A stretch of DNA of 36,059 bases from Malacoraja senta (lineage: Eukaryota): contig JAXLNO010000154.1 of NCBI GenBank assembly GCA_038087875.1, positions 1-36,059 on the forward strand, written 5' to 3'. Below are positions 21,694 to 31,059 of the stretch, piece by piece. A program made the translations under genes and the position numbers. The notes below the pieces were generated by a model that saw only the letters and a program-made list of their open reading frames with translations, had not been told where the DNA came from and searched no databases. Every line of letters starts with the position of its first letter. The first letter of the stretch is position 1.

Positions 21694-24600
21694 GTCAGAG
21701 GCGCGAGAGCCGTTGGAGAGATCGCAGATGGAGGAGCTACACCCGAGCGGTAGGAGTTAAAGAGGAACGCGGGGCTTGCTTCTACAGAGGCGCGAGAGCC
21801 GTTGAATCTGTAACGTTCCAAGTTCCACTTCAAAAACAAGTGGGTTTGAGGAAGCCGCTGATTGGTGGAAGCAGACAAGAGGGAGCAGCTGATTGGGAGT
21901 CAGATCCCTGATTGTTTTGTATTCTAGCAGTTTGTTTTGTATTGTATCCAGGGTAAGGGGAGTATGACGGCCAGGGCAGTTTACTGTTCTGGATGTCAGA
22001 TGTGGGAAGTCATGGAGTCTGATAGCCCTCCAGACGTCCACATCTGCGCCTGGTGTATCGAGATGGGGCTCCTAATGGACCGTATTAGGAACCTGGAGCA
22101 GCAGCTTGATGACCTCCGTCTGGTCAGGGAGAGCGAGGAAGTCATTGAGAGGAGTTACAGGGAGGTGGTCACTCCAACACCACAGGAGGCAGGCAAGTGG
22201 ATCACGGTTGGGAGAGGCAAGGGGCACAGGCAGGGACTAGAGAGTACCCCGGTGGCTGTACACCTTGACAACAAGTACTCCTGTTTGAGCACTGTTGGGG
22301 TGGACAGCCTACCTGGGGGTAGCGACAGCGGCCGGGCCTCCGGTATAGAGACCGGTCCTGTTGCTCAGAAGGGTAAGGAAAAGAAGAGGAGGGCAATATT
22401 AATAGGGGACTCTATAGTTAGGGGGTCAGACAGGCGATTCTGTGGACGCAGTCGGGAGACCCGGATGGTAGTTTGCCTCCCTGGTGCCAGGGTCTGTGAT
22501 GTGTCTCAACGTGTCCAAGATATCCTGAAAGGGCAGAGAGAGGAGCCCGAGGTCATGATACATATAGGTACCAATGACATAGGTAAAAAAAGAGAAGAGG
22601 TCCTGAAAGGAGAATTTAGGGAGTTAGGAGGGGAGTTAAAGAGAAGGACAGCAAAGGTAACAATCTCGGGATTACTGCCTGTGCCACACGACAGTGAGAG
22701 TAGGAATGGAGCGAGGTGGAGGATAAATGCGTGGCTGAAGGACTGGTGCAGAAGGCAGGGATTCAAATTTCTGGATCATTGGGACCTCTTTTGTGGAAGG
22801 TTCGACCTGCACAAAAAGGATGAGTTGCACTTGAACCTGAGGGGGACCGATATCCTGGCGGGGAGATCTGCGAAGGCTACTGGGGAGACTTTAAACTAGA
22901 ATGATTGGGGGGAGGGACTCAAATAGAGAAAGCTATTGGACTGTGTGTGAGGCAGGAGGCAGAGAAGGAAAGCACTCAGACCCAACATGTAGGGGGGAAA
23001 GAAGAAAACAATAATAAACAGAGAATAAGAGGTGGTGGGTTTCTTAAATGGGTGAGCAGAGAAACAGAGGGGTGTAAAATGCGGGCAGAAGCAATAGGTA
23101 GCAAGGTGAAAAGTAAAAGTGGCAGGCAGACAAATCCACGGCAAAAATCAAAAAGAGCCACTTTTCAACATAATTGTATAAGCGGTAAGAGCGTTGTAAA
23201 AAACAAGCCTGAAGGCTTTGTGTCTCAATGCAAGGAGCATTCATAATAAGGTGGATGAGTTGAACGTGCAGATAGCAATTAATGATTATGATATAGTTGG
23301 GATCATGGAGACATAGCTCCAGGGTTACCAAGGCTGGGAGCTGAACATCCAGGGATATTCAATATTCAGGAGCGATAGAGAGAAAGGAAAAGGAGGTGGG
23401 GTAGCGTTGCTGGTTAGAGAGGAGATTAACGCAGTGGAAAGGAAGGACATTAGCTTGGAGGATGTGGAATTGATATGGGTAGAGCTGCGAAACACTAAGG
23501 GGCAGAAAACGCTGGTGGGTGTTGTGTACAGGCCACCTAGCAGTAGTAGTGAAGTTGGGGATGGCATCAAACAGGAAATTAGAAATGCGTGCAACAAAGG
23601 CAAAACAGTTATAATGGGTGACTTCAATCTACATATAGATTGGGTGAATCAAATTGGCAGGGGTGCTGAGCAAGAGGATTTCTTGGAATGTATGAGGGAT
23701 AGTTATCTAAACCAACATGTAGAGGAACCAACGAGAGAGCAGGCTGTTCTAGACTGGGTATTGAGTAATGAGGAAGGGTTAGTTAGCAGACTAGATGTGC
23801 GTGCCCCCTTGGGAAAGAGTGACCATAATATGGTTGAGTTCTTCATTAGGATGGAGAGTGACATTGTTAATTCAGAAATAACGGTTCTGAACTTAAAGAA
23901 AGGTAAGTGTATTGGCCAAGATTGACTGGCAATTAGTTCTAAAAGGGTTGACGGTGGATATGCAATGGAAGGCATTTAAAGACTGCATGGATGAACTACA
24001 AAAATCATTCATCCCAGTTTGGCAAAAGAATAAATCAGGGAAGGTAGTGCATCCGTGGATAACAAGGGAAATCAGGGATAGTATCAAAGCAAAAGATGAT
24101 GCGTACAAATTAGCCAGAAAAAGCAGCATACCAGAGGACTGGGAGAAATTCAGAGACCAGCAGAGGAGGACAAAGGGCTTAATTAGGAAAGGGAAAATAG
24201 ATTATGAAAGGAAACTGGCAGGGAACATGAAAACTGACTGCAAAAGTTTTTATAGATATGTGAAGAGAAAGAGATTAGTTAAAACAAATGTAGGTCCCTT
24301 GCAGTCAGAAACAGGTGAATTGATCATGGGGAACAAGGATATGGCGGACCAATTGAATAACTACTTTGGTTCCGTCTTCACTAAGGAAGACATAAATAAT
24401 CTGCCGGAAATAGCAGGGGGCCGCGGGTCAAAGGAGATGGAGGAACTGAGTGAAATCCAGGTTAGTCGGGAAGTGGTGTTGGGTAAATTGAATGGATTAA
24501 AAGCCGCTAAATCACCAGGGCCAGATAGGCTGCATCCCAGAGTACTTAAGGAAGTAGCTCCAGAAATAGTGGATGCATTAGTGATAATTTTTCAAAACTC

Positions 24601-25908
24601 TTTAGATTCTGGAGTAGTTCCTGAGGATTGGAGGGTAGCAAATGTAACCCCACTTTTTAAGAAGGAAGGGAGAGAGAAAAACGGGGAATTACAGACCAGT
24701 TAGTCTAACATCGGTAGTGGGGAAACTGCTAGAGTCAGTTATTAAAGATGGGATAGCAGCACATTTGGAAAGTGGTGAAATCATTGGACAAAGTCAGCAT
24801 GGATTTACGAAAGGTAAATCGTGTCTGACGAATCTTATAGAATTTTTCGAGGATGTAACTAGTAGAGTGGATAGGGGAGAACCAGTGTATGTGTTGTATC
24901 TGGACTTTCAGAAGGCTTTCAACAAGGTACCACATAAGAGATTAGGATACAAACTTAAATCACACGGTATTGGGGGTTCAGTATTGATGTGGATAGAGAA
25001 CTGGCTGGCAAACAGGAAGCAAAGAGTAGGAGTAAACGGGTCCTTTTCACAATGGCAGGCAGTGACGAGTGGGGTACCGCAAGGCTCAGTGCTGGGACCC
25101 CAGCTATTTACAATTTATATTAATGATCTGGACGAGGGAATTGAAAGCAACATCTCCAAGTTTGCGGATGACACTAAGCTGGGGGGCAGTGTTAGCTATG
25201 AGGAGGATGCTAGGAGACTGCAAGGTGACTTGGATAGGCTGGGTGAGTGGGCAAATGTTTTGCAGATGCAGTATAATGTGGATAAATGTGAGGTTATCCA
25301 CTTTGGTGGCAGAAACGGGAAGGCAGACTATTATCTAAATGGTGGCCGATTAGGAAATGGGGAGATGCAGCGAGACCTGGGTGTCATGGTACACCAGTCA
25401 TTGAAAGTAGGCATGCAGGTGCAGCAGGCAGTGAAGAAAGCGAATGGTATGTTGGCCTTCATAGCAAGAGGATTTGCGTATAGGAGCAGGGAGGTTCTAC
25501 TGCAGTTGTACAGGGTCTTGGTGAGACCACACCTGGAGTATTGCGTACCGTTTTGGTCTCCAAATCTGAGGAAGGGCATTATAGCCATAGAGGGAGTGCA
25601 GAGAAGGTTCACCAGACTGATTCCTGGGATGTCAGGACTTTCATATGAAGAAAGACTGGATAGACTTGGCTTATACTCGCTAGAATTTAGGAGATTGAGA
25701 GGGGATCTTATAGAAACGTGCAAAATTCTTATGGGGTTGGACAGGCTAGATGCAGGAAGATAGTTCCCGATGTTGGGGAAGTCCAGGACAAGGGGTCACA
25801 GCTTAAGGATAGGGGGGAAATCCTTTAAGACCGAGATGAGGAAAAACTTTTTCACACAGAGAGTGGTGAATCTCTGGAACTCTCTGCCACAGAGGGTAGT
25901 TGAGGCCA
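21694..25908 (+). mobile_element. Near full-length CR1 LINE (5'UTR, ORF1, disrupted ORF2; 3' tail missing)
   Basis: 5'UTR with a duplicated agaggcgcgagagccgttg. ORF2 has APE and RT motifs (FADD intact) but several stops, frameshifts and a deletion near 23905. It is near-identical to 4814-8034. Confidence 0.95.
21964..22899 (+). CDS. CR1 ORF1: N-terminal CxxC..CxxC zinc motif, coiled coil, SGNH/GDSL-like esterase domain
   Basis: Open from ATG 21964: CSGC...CAWC, a LEQQLDDL heptad, and esterase blocks IGDSIVR, CLPGA, HIGTND and DELHLN. Confidence 0.88.
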   Translation: MTARAVYCSGCQMWEVMESDSPPDVHICAWCIEMGLLMDRIRNLEQQLDDLRLVRESEEVIERSYREVVTPTPQEAGKWITVGRGKGHRQGLESTPVAVHLDNKYSCLSTVGVDSLPGGSDSGRASGIETGPVAQKGKEKKRRAILIGDSIVRGSDRRFCGRSRETRMVVCLPGARVCDVSQRVQDILKGQREEPEVMIHIGTNDIGKKREEVLKGEFRELGGELKRRTAKVTISGLLPVPHDSESRNGARWRINAWLKDWCRRQGFKFLDHWDLFCGRFDLHKKDELHLNLRGTDILAGRSAKATGETLN

Positions 25909-26064
25909 GATGACACGATGTTAACAGATGAGGGGGTGACCGGCAGGTGAGTGGAGTAAGGGACAGAGGCGAGAGAAAATAAGGAGATAAAAAGGTGTGA
26001 GATAAGGAGAGAGGAATGTATATGTGCGGCTTTAAGGGACATTGGTCAGGTAGCATTTGGAGTA

Positions 26065-26625
26065 TTATTTACAGGTGAAGTGGCGCTGGCTGGTGTGGAC
26101 GCGCCGGTGCTCCAGCAGGTGGTCAAGGCGGGTGAAGCCCTTACCACAGGACGGGCAGGGGAAGGGACGCTCACCGCTGTGGGTACGCCGGTGCTGCAAC
26201 AGGCTGGACATGCGGGTGAAACCCTTGCCACACTCAGCGCATTCAAAGGGTATCTCTCTGGTGTGTATCCGCTGGTGCTCCCGCAGCCCCCGTGTGCTCT
26301 TGAAACGCTTGCCGCAGTGGGAGCAGCCGCTCGCCGGCGTGAGTCCGCTGGTGCTGCCGCAACCCCCACGAGCTGTCAAACGACTCACCGTAGTACGGGC
26401 AATCGTAGGGCTGGCCACTGGTGTGTACGCGCTGGTGAGACAGGACATGGGAGTCCATGGCAAAGCGCTCTCCACACACCTGGCTGCGCAAGGGACGGTT
26501 GCTGTCGTGCACCTGCTGGTGGTACAGCAGGTTGGTGGAGGGGTTGAAGCCCTTGCTGCACTGGGCACAGGTGAAGGGGCGCTCACCGGTGTGGGTGTGC
26601 TGGTGCTTCAGTGGGCTGCTGGACT
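26065..26625 (-). pseudogene. C2H2 zinc-finger array (about 6-7 fingers), frameshifted
   Basis: [18 protein letters not shown]...HQRTHAGER, then a frameshift near 26325, then [77 protein letters not shown]. Some Cys ligands are lost. Confidence 0.88.
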
Positions 26626-28155
26626 GCGTGAAGTGGGGAAGGGAGATGAGGACGGTGGAAGTGAGGGGAGGGGGAAGGGAGAGGGGAGAGCGGGGGGGGA
26701 GGGAGTTGAGTGAGGGAGAGGGGGAGAAGGGAGTTGAGTGAGGGGGAGGGGTAGAAGGGAGGGGGTGAGGAAGCAAGTGGGAGAAGGGGGGGGCTGCACG
26801 ACCAGCGTGCTGACCTCACCGCCAATCCAAGGGGGACTGCCGGCCACACACCTTGCCAATGCGCAAAGTCACGTGGGGGGACGGCATGCATCATGGGAAG
26901 GTCACACAGTGCTGGAGTCACTCAGCGGGTCGGGTAGCTTCTGTGGAGAGAGGGAATGCGTGACCTTTCGTGTCGAGACCATTCAGTCTGATGGGAAGTA
27001 CAGAGATAAGGAAGTGTAAGGAGTGAAAACAGGACAAAGTGAATGGTGTTCAAGGAAAATGTAGAATAGATCATTGTTAGTTGGGAGAAGGTAACAGGCA
27101 ATGGGTGCAGGAGTAGGCCATTCAGCCCTTCGAGCCTGCACCACCATTCAATATGATCATGGCTGATCATCCAGAATCTAAGTACCCCGTTCCTGCTTTC
27201 TTCCCCATATACCTTAATTCCATTAGCCTTAGAGCTAAATCTAACTTGAAAATTTAGTCTGGAAAACATCCAGTGAATAAGCGAGTTTAGTATTCTGACT
27301 GCGCATGCCCAGGTCACAGGTCACTCACTATAAACATTCTCGGCGACTGTGCTGCTGTGTGGGTGCAGGTCTGTGTTTCACCAGTGGTTGGGCCTGGGTC
27401 TCCGGCACTGCGGGCGCTGTTGCGTTGCTGCTGGGCCGTCCCCGTCTACTCCCGGGTGTCCCGTCCCTGTCCGGAGGTGTCCGGGTTGGCCCTGGGCTGG
27501 CGGGGCGGTAACGGCCTCGGGCTTGCAGCCGGCGCGCGCGAGAGGGTGGGGGGCACTGGCTCCAGCTCGCCTCTGCCTGTCCCACCGGGTTGGGCGGCAG
27601 CCCTGGACTGGTGGGGCGCCGGCCCTGAGCGGTGGTGGCCCCGGGCTTGCAGCCGGCGGGAGGGGGGAGCGCTGGCTCCGGCTCGGCTCTGCTCCAGCTC
27701 CCGGGAGCCTATTCCTGGGTGGGCCGGGGACCGCCGGCTGCGCCTCTCGCCTTGTCCAGTGCCTGTCGGTTGGCCACCTCGGTGCCGGCGGGGGCCGAGC
27801 GCCGGTCATGCACACGGGGTGCTGCGGTGGCTCGGCGGGTCAGGCAACTTCTCTGGAGAAGGGTCTCGACCCGAAGCGACAGGCACTGGACATTCCTTTT
27901 CTCCAGGGATGCTGCCTGTCCCGCTGAGTAAAGGCTCTGTCTTACCTGTTTGCGGTCATCGACGGTGAAGCGCGGCGTCGCCGGTAGCGAGGACCGCGCG
28001 GCAACGGCGAGAGCGTCGAGCCAATCCACCAGAGCGCCGCACGAATGCTGCGCGGGGGCCGAGTTAATTCAAACACGGCGGGTCCCACGTGCTTGCGGTA
28101 AGTAAAAAAAGGGCGGGCCGACTGCGATGACGTCCGCCCGCCGCACGTGACTCAC

Positions 28156-28180
28156 CAGCGGCGGCTGTGGCGGCGGCCAT
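28156..28180 (-). CDS. Candidate first coding exon (MAAATAAA + phase-1 donor)
   Basis: aggATGGCCGCCGCCACAGCCGCCGCTG|gtgagt, with a strong Kozak context and a consensus donor. Confidence 0.35.
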
Positions 28181-28457
28181 CCTGTTCGCAGCGCTGTAGC
28201 GGTGGCTGTGCCTGCGGCCGTGCAGCACACGTGCCTCACTGGCGGCGGCACGTGCCTCACTGGCGGAGGCTGTGGCAGAGGAGGTTTGACGCACGGCGCT
28301 CGAGCCACACTGGCGGCGGCCCGTGCGAGCGGCCGTGCCGCACTTGTGCATCACTGGTGGAGGTTGTGCGGTGAGTATTTAGTTTTGGACATTGTCGATT
28401 TTATTTTAGCACCGCGCGGTGTTGGGAACACCGCCGCACGGCCCGGGAATTGTACTT

Positions 28458-28527
28458 TCTCACGAGTGCGCGGTCTATGGCGGCAGATTATTCCCGTTTC
28501 GCCGCCATAGACCGCAGACTCGTGAGA
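28458..28527. repeat. 70-nt inverted repeat (27-bp arms, 25/27 paired, 16-nt loop)
   Basis: tctcacgagtgcgcggtctatggcggc - agattattcccgtttc - gccgccatagaccgcagactcgtgaga. Confidence 0.9.
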
Positions 28528-29473
28528 CAGGCCTTTTACTGCAGCGTTTTGTATCCCCCCGTTGATGGCTAGTGCTCGGCTTTCGCCGGCGCCCGGGGCA
28601 GTTGGCCGGCGGCCGCTGGGTGGAGCGGCGAGTGCGGCTGGCGGTCCCCGGCTCGTCGGGAAACGGGTTCCTCGGGAGTTGCAGCGGGGTTGGGCTGGGG
28701 TTGGCGCTTCTCCGCGCTGGCTGTGGGCCTGGGGCCGCCGCTGCTCCGGGCCGGTGTCCCGTCGGTCCTGGGTCGTTCCGGACATCTCCGGCCGCCCCCG
28801 GGCGTGGATGGGACACTCGGGGGGACGGGGACAGTCCAGTGACGGTTCGGCAGCGCTTGCTGCGCCGGGTACCCGGGTTGGATCTTGGCTGCAGATGAGG
28901 TGCGGGTCTGTGTGCGCACAGCAGCGCAGCTGCCGAGAATGTCTCACCCCCTGTCACCCACTCGCATCTGCCCCTTCTCTCTCTCTCTCGCTCTTACACC
29001 ACACTCTCCCGCTACCTGGCACCCCCGCTCCTCAGATTAAATACATTTTTACACATAAATTATGAATAAAGATAAGAATTTATACACAGATTATACAGCC
29101 AGCGCTTCGATCACTTTTTCTTTATAGCAAATGACCTTTGACAAATCAATGATTCCGTGCTATTTTCGGAATACCAAACTCGCTTATTGGCCTCCGCTGC
29201 CTGAGGCAGAGAATTCCAGATTCACAACTCTCTGTGTGAATGGCGGAGTAGACCTGATGGGCCGAATGGCCCAATTCTGCGCTTATGACCGTATACAGGG
29301 AGAAACCTTATCTCCGCACTGGAGTCACACAGGTCTTGCACTCAACGTTATTCCCTTGATCCCATATCCGTACACTGCGGACGGATCGATTGTAATCATG
29401 TGTTGTCTATCCGCTGACTGGTTAGCAAGCAACAAATTGTACGTGTGACAATAAACTAAACTCAATCCTCCCG

Positions 29474-29797
29474 CCACTAGGGGGCGATGCAGCCGGCTGA
29501 CCAGAGTCGCTGCACCGCAGCCTCCAGGCGCTGCAGACAGGAACAAAGACGGTGCGCCGCGGCCTCCAGGTGCCAGGGGGCGCTGCAGACAGAGGAACAA
29601 AGATGGTGCGCCGCGGCCTCCAGGCACCAGGGGGCGCTGCAGACAGGACCAGAGACGCTGCACCGCGGCCTCCCACCGCCAGATGGCGATACAGATGGAG
29701 GACCAGAGACGCTGCGCCGCGGCCTCCCACCACCAGATGGCGATACAGTAGGAGGACCAGAGACGCTGCAACGCGGCCTCCAACCAACAGGGGGCGC
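29474..29797 (+). repeat. ~54-bp minisatellite carrying co-oriented CTCF-type motifs
   Basis: Cores at 29474 CCACTAGGGGGCGA, 29570 GTGCCAGGGGGCGC, 29624 GCACCAGGGGGCGC, 29676 CCGCCAGATGGCGA, 29730 CCACCAGATGGCGA and 29784 CCAACAGGGGGCGC. Confidence 0.75.
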
Positions 29798-29798
29798 T

Positions 29799-30690
29799 TC
29801 TTCTTGCGAGTGAAACATAAATCGATGTCAAGCCGGTGTTGAGCAGCCAGATTGTTGTCTCTGTTGGCGTCAATGTCTGTCTGCCAGGCCCTGACACAGC
29901 TCCATTTGGTGGGTGGTAGAGCGGGCACCCAGAGATGACATGGTTGGCTGTCTGTTGTTCTGCTCCACATTCACAGACTGGGCCCCCGGGATCTCCACAC
30001 GCTGGCATTGAAACGCCCAACTCCAGTACCAAGTCTGTTGAGCTTCACCCATGCTCCTCTGGGGAGCTCAGACCCTGGACAGCTTTTATCTGGTGAAGAG
30101 GTGTAGCTGTGTAATGGAGATGAGGTTGCCTTCCACTCCTGTGACCACTTGGTGCCTATCCAGTGTGCTTTTGTCTCAGTTGGCTGGATGGATGGATGCT
30201 AGGAGTTGTTTTTCATGTGGAGCAAAGGGGTGACGGGACTTCAGTCACGGTGCCCTCTGCTCTCTGCTAATAGCCTGATGGAGGAGGTGATCTGGGTCTA
30301 TGGCACGATGAGATATTGCCAGAGTTGCTGCTTGTCTTCGGATCCCCACAGGCGGAATGCCTGCAAGTATAGGGAGCTGCTCGACTGGAGTTGGTTGAAG
30401 GCACCCAGTGATGGTTCGCAAGGTGCTGTTCAGGCTCGTGTCTACCAGGCTAGTATATCTACTTCTACTCCATACGGGTGCGCAGTACTCAGCTGGGGCA
30501 TACAGAAGAGCTAAGGCAGAGGTGTGAAGAGTTGATGGACTGGCTCCCCAACTTGTTCCTGCCAGGCGTCGGATGAGGCCGCTACGTGCCAGGACCTTGT
30601 CGCGGAGACCAGCCACGTGTTGACGAAATGTAAGCGACCTGTCCAGCTTTACGCTGAGGTAAGTGGGTGTTTATTGGAAGTCCAAGCGCC
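29799..30690 (-). mobile_element. Vingi/Ingi-like (I-group) non-LTR retrotransposon, 3' portion
   Basis: PTYLSVKLDRSLTFRQH..LIRRLAGTSWGASPSTLHTSALALLYAPAEYCAPVW..LRTITGCLQPTP..LAGIPP; C-terminal CECGAEQQTANHVISGC zinc knuckle; short (AAG)n tail. Confidence 0.75.
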
Positions 30691-30694
30691 TGTT

Positions 30695-30915
30695 GGAGAT
30701 ACAGCATGGAAACAGGCCCTTCGGCCCACCGAGTCAGCGCCGACCAACGATTACCTGCACACAGACACTATCCTACACACACTAGGGACAATTTACATGT
30801 GGACTAAGCCAATTAACCTACGATCCCCACGTCTTTGGAGTGTGGGAGGAAACCAGAGCGCCCGGCAAAACCCACGCAGGTCACGGGGAGAACGCGCAAA
30901 CTCCGTACAGATAGC
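30695..30915 (-). mobile_element. HE1-type V-SINE, 5'-truncated
   Basis: Reverse complement of the V-domain and 3' part of 12983-13262. Confidence 0.8.
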
Positions 30916-31059
30916 AGGTACATGTACAGTCTTTCCACCAACTGGATAGCACGCAATCTCCCTTGGTACACGTGACAATAAACTAAACTACATATGATGA
31001 AAGAATTGGTTGACTGGGCTTGCATTCACTGGAATTTAGAAGGATGAGAGGGGATCTTT

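Larger units (their letters stand above)
27300..28950. promoter_or_regulatory. CpG island, probable (bidirectional) promoter
   Basis: Very GC- and CpG-rich compared with the rest of the window. It contains CCAAT (about 28021), CACGTG (28086, 28144, 28228, 28249), GGGCGG (28111), TGACGTC (28128), a YY1-like GCGGCCATC (about 28173), and splice donors on both strands. Confidence 0.75.

Noticed and set aside
15645..26625. KRAB exon joined to the 26-kb or 19.7-kb zinc fingers as one KRAB-ZNF gene
   Set aside because: On the minus strand those fingers lie upstream of the KRAB exon, which is the wrong order.
27305..29065. Many overlapping 100-200 aa ORFs
   Set aside because: Stop codons are scarce in GC-rich DNA. 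The ORFs are open in several frames on both strands and carry no recognisable domain.
29325..30032. 235-aa ORF with repeated WEAAxQRLWS motif
   Set aside because: It is a chimera of the Vingi C-terminus reading into the 54-bp minisatellite, whose unit length is divisible by three.
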